From Cyanophora paradoxa CCMP329 (taxonomy: Eukaryota; Plantae; Glaucophyta), in contig QPMI01000429.1 in assembly GCA_004431415.1 (NCBI GenBank), forward strand, positions 124,001 to 188,000: 64,000 nucleotides of DNA. Direction: 5' to 3'. The stretch's first letter is position 1; each line of letters opens with the position of its first letter. Under the pieces are notes generated by a model that did no database searches, was not told the origin of the DNA, and saw only the letters and a list, made by a program, of their open reading frames with translations. The position numbers and the translations under genes are program-made. This document shows positions 1-12,815 of the stretch, in pieces.

Positions 1-403
1 CCGCTGCCGGCCCGGCGCTGGCGGGCGGACCGCGTGCCGGCTGATCAAGACTCTGAGATATCGATTAGAGTTGATTCAAGACTCTAGAGAACCGTCGGAC
101 CGAAATTTCAACTTCGCCGAATTCGGTTGTGAAAATGAATGCATTACGTATACGCGCTGTGGGCTGTCTACGCTTCATCAATCACGTGCACGTCGGCTGG
201 AAGCTTCAATTAAGAAGTCTCAAGATGATGCATCGTTTCACAGAAAAACGGGGAAAGAAGGCGAGGGCTCGCTGGAGCCGGTGCCATGGCCACTGCGGCC
301 AGGTGGAATTGTGAAGAATGAAGCAGCAAGGGCCGGTTGAAGGGGAAGGGAGGGGAGCCTCCGGGGCGCGGCGGGCCCTGATCATGAGCGAAAGCCCGCG
401 CGT

Positions 404-3400
404 CTACGCCTGCTCCGCGGGCGGGGCGACGCGGCCCGGGGAGGAGTCCGGGGCCTGCTCATCCTGGCCGGAGCCGGCGCTCGGGAGGGGCGCGAGGGGC
501 CGCAGGGGCAGCGGCGGCAGGCGGGCCGGCGGAGGGGAGCGGCCGGGGCCCGCGCTCACCGACTGGGAGCGGGGGCGCGCGCGCTCGGGCGGGGAGGCGC
601 GCCCGGGGTGGAGGGGTCGGAGGAGGGGCGGCCGGCTTCCCGGCGCGCCGCGCGGTCGCCACGTACGAGTCCGAAACGGTGAGGCCGGGGGAGGCCCCCC
701 GCCCTCCTCCGCCCCCTTCGCCGCGGCGCCGGCGCTCGGCAGCGGCGGCGCCGGCGCCTCCGCGGGCGCCGGCGTCTCACGATCGCCGCCGGGCTGCTCC
801 GGCGCCGCCGCGCCCCGCTCCGCTTCGGCCGGCTGCGCCGCCGGCTGCGGCGTCGAGGCGGCGGCCTCGCGGGCGTCCCCTGCCCGGGCGGGCGAGGCGG
901 CGGGGCGGGGCCCTCCCCCTCCTCCTCCGGGGCCCCGAGGGCGACGCCGAGGTCGGAGGTGACGGGGGCGGGGCCCGGCCCCGCCGGCTCCCCGGGGGAG
1001 GCGGGCCCCTGGGAGCCGAGGGCGTGGGCGGGGGCGGGGGCGCTGGAGCCGCGGCGGAGGGGCAGGCCGAGCTGCTGCCGCGTGCGCTCCTTGGCGCGCA
1101 TGCGGCGGAAGGTGCTCTGCAGCAGCACCACGCAGTAGACCATGTACGCCTCCCCGCCCTCCTCCTGCACCTGCTCGTGGTGCGCCGCCAGCCCGGGGAA
1201 CCGCCGCCGGCTCTGCCCCGCCGTCAGCGAGCGGGCGGAGGGGCGGGGCGGGGCGGGGCGGGGCGGGGCGGGCGGACCGTCCTCTCGAAGCGGAGGCGGA
1301 GGGGCTCGGGGAGGCGCGCCCCCGCGGACTCGTAGACGTTGGCGACCATGGCGCAGAAGCAGTCGTGGAAGTGGACGCGGGAGGCGGCGGCGGGGACGGC
1401 GAGCTGGCGGAGCTTGGCCATGACGGCGAGGCGGGAGGCGGCGGGGTCGATGCCGAGGGGGGGGTCGACCGAGGTGAGGAGGCGGCGGAGGTGGAGGGAG
1501 ACGGGGACGAAGCCCGAGGCGTCGGGGTCGAGGCCCTCCCAGGCCGCCACGAACTGCTCCACGTGCCGCTCCTTGATCGCGTGCTCCTCCCGCGCCGAGA
1601 TCGTGTCTGCCCGGGCGGGCGTCACGACCGGCCCGCTGCCACGTGCGGGGGCGGGGTGGGGCGGGGCGGGGCGGGGCGGGGCGCACCGAAGGCGTCGAGG
1701 ACGATGGCGACGAAGATCTGCATGCCGAGCACGCACGCGACGAAGTGGAAGGGGATGAAGTAGAGCGGCGCCAGCGCGCTCCCGCAGTCCTCCCCGCACC
1801 CCTCCGCCACCGACGAGTCCCACCTGCCGCCCCCGTGAGCGAGCCGCGCACGCACGCCGCGGCCAAAGCAAGGAAGTAAGAAAGCGGGCGCACATGATGT
1901 TGTTCCAGTTCTCGCCGGTCGTCTGCGGTCAAGGGCGGTGAGAAGAAGGAAGGGGCGAGGCGAGCGCGGCGTCCGCCTGCTGGCTACCATGCGGAAGAGG
2001 GTGATGAGGGCGGTGGGGAGGTCCCCGAAGTTGGCGTCCATCGACGTGCCCCCGCCCGGCCCGTACCGCGTCTGCCCGGAGGCGTGAGGCGCGCACCGCA
2101 CGCGAGGCCGAGGCGCGGCGGGGCGCGACGCGGCGCCGGCGAGCGATGCGGCAATGGCTAGGCTAGGCGGGAGTGGCGTGGAGGGCTGGAGGGGAGGGGG
2201 GCGCGGGGCGGGGGCACCTTGCCGAAGACCTGGACGCCGATGCAGCCGAAGATGAAGTAGAGGAGGCCGAGGAGGAGCCCGACGTTCGCCAGGCTCGTCA
2301 CGCACCGCGCGAACGTCTCCAGCTGCGCCCCGCCTCGTTCGTTTGCTCGCTCGAGAGGGGAGGGGAGGGGGGGGGGGAGGGGGGGGGGCAAGGGGAGGGG
2401 GGGCGAGGGTGGGGCGGATTGGGGGGCGGGGCGCACGACCATGCGGAGGCCCTTGAGGCGGCGCACGAGGCGGAAGACGCGCACGAGGCGGAAGACGCGG
2501 AGGACGCGGAGGAAGGAGCCGTTGATCTGCAGGTCGCTCGCGTACTGGATCGCGATGCCCCCGCACCCCACCAGCACCAGCGCGCTGCCGGCGGGGTCGG
2601 GCGAGGGCGGAGAAGAAGAGGGGCGGGGAGGGGGCGGACAAGTCGAAGCAGTTCCAGCCGGAGGAGAAGTAGACGCGGGGGAAGAGGGCGGCCAGCTTGA
2701 CGGCCGCCTCCACCGCGAAGACGACGACGAAGAGGACGTTGCAGACCTGCCGCGCGGCTCGGGCCAGGAGGGGGAAGGGAGGGGGGCCCGCTCGCCTCGA
2801 GGTAGCGCTCCTCGGTGGGGGTGCGGGGGAAGCGCTGCGTGGCGAGCACCAGCACGTTCACCAGCACCATCCCCATGATCTGGCCCCCGTCTCAGGGCGG
2901 GGGCGGCGGCGGGGCGGGGCGGGGCGGGGCGGGTCTCCCGCGCACGGCGAGGTCGAACTTGGTGGTGGTGACGAGGCGGTAGAGGGGCAGGCGGAGGCCC
3001 GACTCGGGCGGGTGCATGCGGCGCCGCAGCGAGGTCGAGAGGCCCATCACGAGCGCCTCCCGCCACTCCTTCTGCTCGTCCGTCAGCCCCTTCCCCTTCA
3101 TCGGGTCCCTGCGCCGGGGGCGCGTCAGAGAGAGGAGGAGGGGGGCGGGGCGGGCGCGGGGCGCACGAGGTAGCCTCGAGCTCGGACATCTGCCGCGCGT
3201 GGTGGAACGAGTTCACCAGGATCGCCACCAGCATGCTGCCCGGCCCCGCGGCGTCAGACGGGCACGAGAGAGCGCGCCGCGCCGCGCCGCGCCGCGCCGC
3301 GCTGCCCGCAGGCGCACCCGAAGCCGAAGGTCTGGCAGACGAGGACGATCATGTGGAAGAACCAGGCGGCCATCGGCCACACGTTCTCCTGCATCGAGAC

Positions 3401-6400
3401 CCCCACGCCGGCCGCGTCCTGCCCGTTCCACATGTACGACGTCCAGCCCTCGAGGGAGACGACCTCGTACACCGTCTGCATCGCCCGCCCGTACGAGTCG
3501 AAGTTGGGGCCGACGTTGCTCCACTCGCGCGGCGTCGGCGTGGCGGTCCTCGCTCCGACCTCGGGGACCGCCTCGAAGACCCCCTCGCACTGGGCGCGCA
3601 GGGCGACGGCGGGGTCGTTGCAGGAGCCGTAGCGCCCCGCGAAGAGGCGCATGCCGAGGGTCGCGAAGCAGGAGAAGAGGATGAAGTTGGCCCAGAGGGC
3701 GCGCACGAGGGCGGGGCCGGCGGCGGCGAGGGCGTCGAGGACCTCGCGCAGGCCCTGCAGCCGTGACACGAAGCGCAGCGGCCGCAGCGCCCGCAGCGAG
3801 CGCAGCGTCCGCAGCGCCCGGATCTGCGAGCCCCCGGGTCCCCCCGCCAGCGCCACGTCCGTCCCTGCGCCCCGCCCCCCGGCGTGCCTCAGAGGGCCGC
3901 CAGCGGCAGCGCGACGCAGCAGCAGCGGCGGCGGAGGGGGCGCGCCGAAGGAGGCCCAGGCGACGAGGACGATGAGGCCGTCGAGCATGTTGAAGGGCTG
4001 CCGGGGGGCGCGGCGCGTGAGAGGGCGGGGCGGGGGCGGGGGCGGGGGCCGGGGCGGGGCCGGGGCGGACGTCGCGGAGGTAGGAGCCCGGGTGGAGGAG
4101 GAAGCCGAGGGCGAAGACCTGCCGGCCCCTCAGCCGAGCCGGGGCCGCCCTTTCCCTTGGCGGGGCCCCGGGGACCTTGAGGAGCATCTCGGCGGTGAAG
4201 AAGGCGGTGAAGAAGTGGTCGAGGGCGTCCATGCCGGGGTACTCCCGCTCGGGGGTCCAGGCCTGCACGGCGAGGCAGAGGGAGGAGACGAAGACGACGG
4301 CGAGGACGAGGCGCTCGGTCCAGGGGTGCGTGGCGAGGGCGAAGGCCAGGCGGCGCGGCCGCCACTGGCGCGGGAAGAGCCAGAGGGAGGAGTACTCGAG
4401 GGCGCGCCGCGAGCTCCGCAGCGCCCGCGCCTCCAGCGCCCGCCCGAAGTCCGCGAACTCGTCCGAGTCGTGCGTCGACGTCCCCGCCGCCGACGCCCCC
4501 GAGTTCGAGCGCGCCGTGAGGGGCGCGGAACCCGACGCCCGCCCCGCCGCCCCGCCCCCGCCCGCGCGCCGGCCGAGCGCGCCGCGAGCGCCTCCTCGAC
4601 GCCGGCCCGCGGGAGCTCCTTCAGGTCGAACCGCGCGTGGGCCCGCGCGCCCTTCTCCTCGCCGCCGCCGCCGGCGCTGGAGCGCCGCGGGGAGCGGGCC
4701 GGGGAAGCGGCGGCGGAGGCGGCCGGCGGGCTCGAGCGGGCCGGGCCGAGGCGGTCACGGCGGGGAGGCTCGGGAGGTCCCCGGCGGAGGGGCTCCCGGG
4801 GAGGGGCGCCACCGCCGAGCGGGGCAGCGGGGGGCCCCGCAGGGAGCCCTCGGCGGAGGCGATCCCCGGGCGCGAGCTGGGGCGCCGGCGCCGGCGGAGG
4901 ATGCCGACGCGGCGCAGGCCGGAGACGAGGGTCGGGAGGACGTAGGAGCCGGGGGGGCCCTCCCCGCCCTCCTCGTCCTCCTCGCAGATGTAGATCACGA
5001 GGATCGTCACCAGCACGCTGCGGGGCCGTCAGAACGAGGGAAGCAAGCAATCGCGAGCGAGCCGAGCCGCATGCGCGCTAGCGGGCGCGGAAAGGAAGGG
5101 CGCACTTGAGGAGGATAACGAAGCCAATGACGGCGGCCTGGCGAGGGATAAGCCGTCGCGGGCGGCGAGCGGGCGAGCGGGGCCCCGGCGCGGGCGAGAT
5201 CTAGAGGGGCGGGGCGAACGATGGCGTGGTAGATGATCGCGGCGGGGCCCATCGAGCGCAGCGACGCGAACTGGGCGGGCGTGAGCGGGCCGGGGGCGCG
5301 GGGCGGGGTCGGGCGGGGGCGCCGGCGGGGGGCGGGCGGACGATCATGTCGTTCCAGTCGTCGAGGGTGTAGATGCGGATGACGGTCAGGTACGCCATGA
5401 AGACCGAGTCGAAGTTGGAGCGCTGCCACGGCTCCCCGGCGAACACGAACTGCGCCCCGAAGAGCTGCCCGCCGAGGCTCAGGAGGGCGCGGCGGCGAGG
5501 GCGAGGGCGGCGAGGGCGGCCGGCGGCGCCTGCGCCCTGGGCGGGGCGGACCTGGACGCCGAGGAGGGCGACGGTGACCGTGACGACGGCGTAGACCGGC
5601 ATGAAGCTCGCCAGCGCCTTCGCCGCCCGCCCTGAGAGGGCCGTCAGGGGGGAAGGGGCGCAGGGCGGGCGGGGAGGGCGGGGAGGGCGCACAGGCGTTG
5701 GAGCAGACTTGGGCGGTGGCGGGGGACCACTTGCCGTAGAGGCGGAAGAGCTCGAGGCAGCGGAGCGTGCTCGCCAGCGGCCGCTGCGTCCCCACGCAGA
5801 GCTCGCCCACGCTGGCCGTGACGAGGACGGTCTCGCAGGCGAGCCAGGGGTCGGCCCCCGCGAGGAGGCCGCGCCAGCCGACGCCGAGGAGGCGGAGGGC
5901 CCAGGCGGCGGCGAAGGCGACGACGAGGGCGGCCTCGGCGGTGCGGTAGCGGGCGAGCGCCGGCGTGTCGGGCCCGTGCTCCTCGGGCAGCATCTCCGCC
6001 GTGAACGCGCACACCTGCCGCCCCGCGTCAGCACAGCGAGGCGCGGCGGGGCGGAGCGGAGCAAGCGGAGCGGGGCGAGGCGGGGCGAGCCGACCAGGAC
6101 GAAGTTGGCGACGAGGAGGGCGTCCCAGGCGTGCGTGAAGGCCTCCCCCGCCAGCGCACCCCGCGCCCGCGCCCACGGCCCCCGCGGCGACGCCGGCGCC
6201 GCCACCGCCTCCCCGCTCCCGGAGGGCGAGGCGCCCGCCCCGCCCTCCCGGCCCGCCGGTGCCGGCCCCGCCGCCGCCGCCTCGCCGTTGCCGTCGGGGT
6301 CGGCGGAGGGCTTGCGGGGCGCCGGGGCGCCCTCCTCCTCGTCGCGCCCGGCGCGCGAGACGGCCGAGCCGCGCCGCGACCCGCGCTGGGACTCCCCGGC

Positions 6401-8656
6401 GGCGGGCTTGGCGGGGGCGGCGGAGGGGGCGGCGGAGAGGGCGAGTGCGCCGGCGGCGCGGAAGACGGAGACGGCGCGGAGGACGGTGGAGGGGGCGAGG
6501 CGGGGCGGCGCCGCCGCAGCCTCGCGCGCCTCCTTCTCCTTGGCCGCCTCCCGCACCGTCCGCTCGTGCTCGTCCACTTGCTGGAGTCGAGGCGTCAGAG
6601 CGGCGCGGCCGCGGAGCGAGCACAAGGGAGGGGCCGCGGGCCGCGGGCCTGGAACTTGTTCGTGATGACGGCGAGGAAGATGTTGAGGATGAGGAAGGCG
6701 CCGACGGAGACCATGAGCACGAAGTAGACGTAGCCGTACACCCCCGTCGCGTGGTTCGCCCAGTACACTGCCCCGGGTCGGCACGCGCGGGGGGAAGGGG
6801 GGGGGGAAGAGGGGGGGGTACGCGCACTGTAGGTCGTCCACCAGCTCTGCGTGATGGACTGCAGGATGACGAGGCTGGCGAGCCCGAGGTTGTCGAAGCC
6901 CGTGTACCCCCACGTCGGGTTCGAGTGGCCGTCGACGGGGTCCATGTACTTGGCGCAGTAGAGCGGGGCGTCGCAGGGGCGGCTCCCCTCGGTGTACGCG
7001 TTGCACATGACGCGGGGCCAGTCGGCCGGCGTCGGCCACTCGCCCGAGGGCTCCAACGCCCCCGAGAGGGCGTCGAAGCAGCGCCCGTGGTAGGCCCCCT
7101 CGAAGAGCTGGATCCCCACGATCCCGAACACGCTGCGCGGCGCCGCGCGGCGCGGCTCGGCCTCGAGCGGCCCGGGGCGGCGCGGGTCGGGGCGGGGCGC
7201 ACATGAAGAAAAAGGCGAGCTGGAGGAGGACCTGGTAGAGGGTCGGCAGCACGAGCCCGATCGACTTGAGCAGCACCTGGCCGGCCCCGCGCGGCGCCGC
7301 CTCAGGGGCGGTGCGAGGCGAGGGGGAGGAGAACGGGGCGGGGACCTGCAAGGTGGGGAGGTAGTTTTTGAGGGAGCGGAAGGCGCGGGTGATGCGGATG
7401 GCGCGGATGGCGGAGAGGTTCCCCAGCTCGGGGGAGAGCGCCAGGTACCCGAAGGCCACGACGAGCACGTCCACCCACGCCGACGCCGAGCGCAGGTAGG
7501 CCCGCCGGTGCAGCACGAGGCCCCGCGCCACCACCTGCATCACCACCTCCACGTTGAACAGCACCGTGAACGCCAGCTGCGCGCCGCGGTGCGCCCGCCC
7601 GCTCGGCGCCGGCGGGGGAGGCGAAGGAGGCGTGCGGCGCACGTCGGTCCAGTCCAGCGCGACGGAGCGGGGGCAGGAGGCCTTGTCCAGGTCGCAGCTG
7701 CGCGGGCCGGCGGCGTGAGCGGCGCAGCGCGGGCAGCCTGGCGCGGGGGGCGGACAAGGGGTCGCGGGCGGCGATGGCGGCGAAGTTGCCGAACGTGATG
7801 GCCACCATGAACCAGTAGAACCACCTGCCAGTGGCGTTCGCTCGTGCGGGCCGCGGCGCTCGCGCGGGGGGCGGTACGGGGCGCACTGGCTGAGGATGGT
7901 CTTCTGGCAGGCGACCCGCAGCGGGTTCTTCGAGGAGAAGAGGAAGAGGGACGAGGCGGCCGGGAACTGCAGGGCGGCTCAGGGCGCGGCCGGACGCGCG
8001 GCCGTCGCGCGTGCGGGGCGGGGCGCGCCTCGACGCGGAGCTTGTCCTCGAGCGTGAAGGGCATCTCCTTCTCCAGCTCCTCCTGCATGTCCTGCGCCCG
8101 CACTCGAACGCCGGCGGGGCGGGGCGGGGCGGGGCGGGGCGCGGGAGCGGGGAGCGGGGCGCGCCTCCTCGAAGTCGCGCATGATGCGGTTGGTGCGCGG
8201 CATGACCGCCACGGCGTTGAGCAGGCTCGAGAGGGTCGGCGTCTCGCGCGGGGCGTCGCCGTCCTTCGGGGTCCGCGAGTTCCGCGACGGGACCCGCCGC
8301 TGCGAGTCGCCATCCTTCTCTTTCGGCTCCGGCACGTTTAGGGGCACCTGCGGCAGCGTCGGCACAGCAGCGGGGGCCGGGGCTCCGACCGGTCGCACAT
8401 GCACGGCCGGTCGCTCAGGGGCGATCTCCGCCGGCTGCGGATGCTTCTCCTCCGGCATAAGCGACCCCCACTCCGGGGCGCTCTCGGCGGGCCGCTGCGG
8501 AGGACCCGGACCCTGCGACAGCGCCGAGGAGTCGGACGTCGAACACAGTGACCAATGCGTCCAAAGCCGGACGGCCAGTACCATGTTGCCATTCGCATGC
8601 GTAGCTTGAGCTGCATGCATCGGTTGCGGTCTGGGAGCGGGAGCAACTTTGCTCAT
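404..8656 (-). CDS. Four-domain voltage-gated Ca2+/Na+ channel alpha subunit (multi-exon)
   Basis: S4 segments (AIRAIRITRAFRSL; LRTLRSLRALRPLRFVSR; FLRVLRVFRLVRVFRLVR), four pore loops (ITQSWW, YTLDDW, VSLEGW, TTGENW), III-IV linker LTDEQKEW, EF-hand-like WEGLDPDASGFV and IQ-like LLQSTFRRMR. Start (8656 or 8458) and stop (404) inferred. Confidence 0.92.
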
Positions 8657-8925
8657 CGCTACCTTGTCACCACCTGCGACGCCGGATCCAACGGACCAGC
8701 CGAGCGGCTGCCATCCGTCCCTGTGGGCCTAGCTAGCGCTGTGCTACCGCTCTTCTCTTAGCTCGCGAGGACGGCGTGTGTGACCCTCCGCTCAAGTCTC
8801 CGGCAAAGATTGACGTCGCTGTACCCCCCGACGCCGGCTGTTCTAAGTTTGGGGGCCGGCTGAGATCAAATTTGATCGGATCCCGCATTCGAATTCGGTG
8901 CGGCAGCACTCGACAGGGCGGCGGG

Positions 8926-11900
8926 CTAGAGGCCTCCGGAGCGGGCGGCGATGAGCTTCAGTGCGAGGTCCTCCTCGGCGTCGAGCCCCGCCGGCGCCTC
9001 CACCCGTGCCTTCTTCTCCCCGCCACGGCCCCCCGTCGGCCCCCGCTTCTTCCATACCCGCGGCTCCTGCGGCGGCGCCGCGTCCCGCTCCTCGCGCTCC
9101 TCCTCGCCGCCGCTGCCGCCGGCCTCGGACCCGGAGCCGTCGGACGCCGAGGCGAGCGTCACGCCGCCGCCGCCCGCCGCCGCCTCCTCCCGCGCCTGCG
9201 CCCGCCCGCCCCGCCCCGCCTCGCCTCGCCTGGCGCCTGCACGGGGGAAGAGGGGCCCCGCGCACCCGCCGCCTGTCCGGGTGCATCTTCTTCAGCTTCT
9301 CCGCGCGGTGCTTCTCCCGGATGCGCTCCTGCGGGGCCCTCGTTTGAGCTCGCCGGGCGAGGGCGGGAAAGAGAGGGGAGGGGCGGGCCTTCTCGCGGCG
9401 GCGGTCGTCGCGGTCGGCCTCGCGCATCTTCTCGCGCGCCGCCCGCACGAACTCGGCCCCCTCCGCGTCGCCCCCGGAGCCCTCGCCGGCCTTCTCCCGC
9501 GCCACCATCTCCAGCGGCCGCACCGCCTGCCCGCCGAGCGCTCAGAAGAGGGGGGGTCAACCAGGGGAGGGGCACGGGCGCACGTTCCCCTCCTCGTCGA
9601 AGACCACCTTGTTCTCCGCCCCTGCCGCGGGGCCTCAGGGGGCGCGGCGGGGCGGGCGGGGCGGGCGGGGCGGCGGGGCGGACCGCGGCCGACGCGGATG
9701 CGGCGCTGGAGCTTCTTCTTCTGGGTCTTCGTGAGCTCGCGGCCCGTGCCGCCCGCCCCGCCCGCCGCCGCCGCCGCCCCGATCCCCGCCCCGCCCGAGG
9801 ACGAGGCGGCGGCCGCCCCCGCCTCGCCCTCGGAGGCCTCGTCGCCGCTCAGCGCGTGGTCCTTCCTCCTCACCGTCAGCAGCTCCCCATCCCCTTCTTC
9901 TTCTTCCCCCTCCCCCTCCCCTTCTTCTGCCCCGTGCTCTCAGCGGGGGCGGAGAGGGCGGGGAGGGCGGGCGGGCGGGCGGGGGCACCGTTGTCGCCGG
10001 TGAGGGCGTCGCGGCCGCGGACGGCGGCGTAGGCCTCGGAGAGGACGCCCGTGTTCTGCTTCGCGAAGAGGCGGTCCACCTTCGTCCGCGGCTGCCCCGC
10101 CCCGCGCGGCTAAGCTGAGCCGAGCCAAGCTGAGCGGGGTGGGGCGGGGGCGCACGCGGCTCTTCTTCTGCGCGGCCTCCTCCTCCTCCGACTCGTCCGA
10201 GGAGGGCGGGCCGCTCTCCGACCCGCTCCCACCCCCCTCCGAGTCCTCCCCCGAGTTCCCCTCGCCCCCGCTGCCCGACGCCGAGCCCCCCGACGCCGCC
10301 TTCTTCTCCTCGTCCCGCCGGATCTTCTGCGGGGGGCTCAGAGAGAGGCCAAATGCAAGGGAGACGCAGGGCCGGCTGGCCTCCTGGAGGGCCTGGAGCT
10401 TGAGGTTGTTCTTGTCCTTCTTGGCGGCCTTGACGAACTTCATCTTGGGGGGGGCGGGGAGCCCCAGCGCCGCCGCGTACTCGTCCGCCGGCAGCGCGTC
10501 CACCTGCGAACGATAAGGCAGAGGCGTGGGCGGGGTCCAAGCTGAGAGGGCGCGCCTGGAAGACGTCCTTGTTGGGCTGGAGGAAGACGGAGCGGAAGTA
10601 GGCGAGGAAGGCCTTCTGGGCGAGGTACTTCATGTCGGGGTCCCGCGAGAGCAGCCCCTGCAGCTTCGTCGCCGTCTTCAGCAGCTTCGCCGGGTTCACA
10701 CGCGACTCCGCCAGCGGGATCTGCGAGGGCTTCAGCACGAGCCCGAGCCAGCCCGGGATCCAGGGGCGTGCCTTGGCGGCGCGGATGGCGTCGAGCATGG
10801 GGCGCTCCGAGGGGAGGAGCAGCAGCAGCGCCTTGCCGTCCGCCTTGTAGCGCGCCGTGCGCCCCACGCGGTGGATGTACGTCGCCACGTCCTCCGGGCA
10901 GTCCATCTGCCGCGCCGCGAGCCTCAGAGCTACTCGCCGGGGCGGGCGAACGGCCGGGACGCGGCGCGCCTGGATGACCCAGTCGACGGCGGGGAAGTCG
11001 AGGCCGCGCGCCGCGATGTCCGTCGCGAAGAGCAGCGCTGGGGCGAGGTCAGCGCCGGCGCGGGTGGAGGAGGGGCGGGCGCGCGCCGTTGGGCTTCTTG
11101 CAGAAGTCGTAGTAGACCGCCATGCGCCGCACCTGCGCGGGGCCTCAGCGGAGCGCGGCGCGGAGGGCGGGGCAGAGCTGGGCGGGGCAGGGAGAGGAGG
11201 GCGGGCCTGCTTGAGCTTGCCGTGGAGGCAGAGGACGGGGACGCCGGGCCGCAGGTGGCAGAAGGCCTCGAACATGAACCGGGCCTGCGCTGCGGTGAGG
11301 GATGGCGCTGCGGGGCGGGGCGGGGCGGGGCGGGGCGGGGCGGGGGGCGCCTGCTTGCAGGAGGAGACGAAGACGATGGACTTGGTGCCGACATGGGAGC
11401 GCACGAAGCTGTAGAGCACGTCGAGCTTCTCCTGCAACTCGCACAGGATGGCCGACTGCGCGAGCCGCGAGGGCGTGACGGTCGCCTCCTGGTCGTGGAC
11501 GCCGATGTACTCGGGGTCCTTCAGCGAGAGCCGCGCGAGGTCCCGCACGCTCTTCGTCTGCGTCGCGCTGAAGAGCAGCGTCTGGCGGCCCTCCCCGCCC
11601 TCGCCCGGCCCCCTCGGGCGCGGCATGTTCTCCACGATGGCGTTCAGGGTCTTCTCAAAGCCCATGTCCATGATCCGGTCCGCCTCGTCCAGCACTGCCC
11701 GCCCCGGCGCGACGTCAGCCGGGCGGGGCGGGCCGGGCGGGCGGGCGGGCGGGCTCGCCGAGGATCTGGACGGTGGAGCAGTCGAAGTTGACGGTCTCGT
11801 CCATGTGCTGGAGGAGGCGGCCCGGGGTGCACACGAGGATGTTGGTCTGGCAGATCCGCTCCTGCTCCGCCTTTATGTCCTTGCCCCCGATGATGAGCCC

Positions 11901-12779
11901 CGCCGAGAAGCTCTGCCCCGCCCCCACCTTCCGCAGCACCTCGAAGATCTGCAGCGCCTGCCCCGCCCCGCCCCGCACCGTCGGCCCCGGCGGCGCGGCG
12001 GGGCGGGCCCGGCTCGGGCGCGCCGGCGGCGCCGCGGCGCACCAGCTCGCGGGTCGGGGAGATGATGACGGCGCCCACGCCGTCCATCGCCGTCCACCGC
12101 CGCCTCCACAGCAGCTCCAGCACCTGCGCCCCGCGCGCGTCTGGCGGGGCGGCGAGCGGCGCCGCCGCCGCGCGCGCACCGGCACGAGGAAGGCGAGCGT
12201 CTTGCCGGAGCCGGTGCGCGCCGCGCCCAGCACGTCCCGCCCCGCGAGCGCGTGAGGGATCGCCGCCCGCTGCGCCCCCGCCGCAGCTAAGCGCCCCCGG
12301 CCTGCGCCGGGGCGCCGGAGCGCTGCACCTGAATGTCAGTCATCTTATCGTAGCCCGCCGACTTCAGGCCCTGCTGCGTGCGCTTCGAGAGGGGCAGGTC
12401 GGTGAAGGTCTGCGGGATCCGCGGTGCGGCGGCCGCCGGTCCCTTCGCCTTGCCCTTCTTCTCATTGGGATCCTCCGCCGGCTGCACGCGAGCCGCGTAC
12501 GTCGTCTGCAGCGGAACGATCGCGACGCAGCGCTCGTCAGCCGGCGCAGCAGCGGGGCGGGCGCTTGCGGGCGGCGACGCACTCCCGGCGCCGGTGACTC
12601 CTCTGCGATGCGCTTCTCGAGCGCCTGCGCGCGTGGATCGCTCTCAGGAACGTTCTAGCTGCTGTGGCCCGGCGGCTGCGGCGAACCTCGATCTCCTTCC
12701 CCTCGTTGTCCTTGAGCTGCTTCTTGACCTGGCGAGGCAGTGCCTTGCCCCTGTGGGGCGCTTTCGTACCGGCGGCCAT
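8926..12779 (-). CDS. DDX10: DEAD-box RNA helicase DDX10/Dbp4 (multi-exon)
   Basis: Q motif [10 protein letters not shown]...[94 protein letters not shown]-terminal EEDLALKL typical of Dbp4. Confidence 0.93.
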
Positions 12780-12815
12780 CTTTGCGGGGGTACACAGCCA
12801 GAAGAAAACGTTGCG

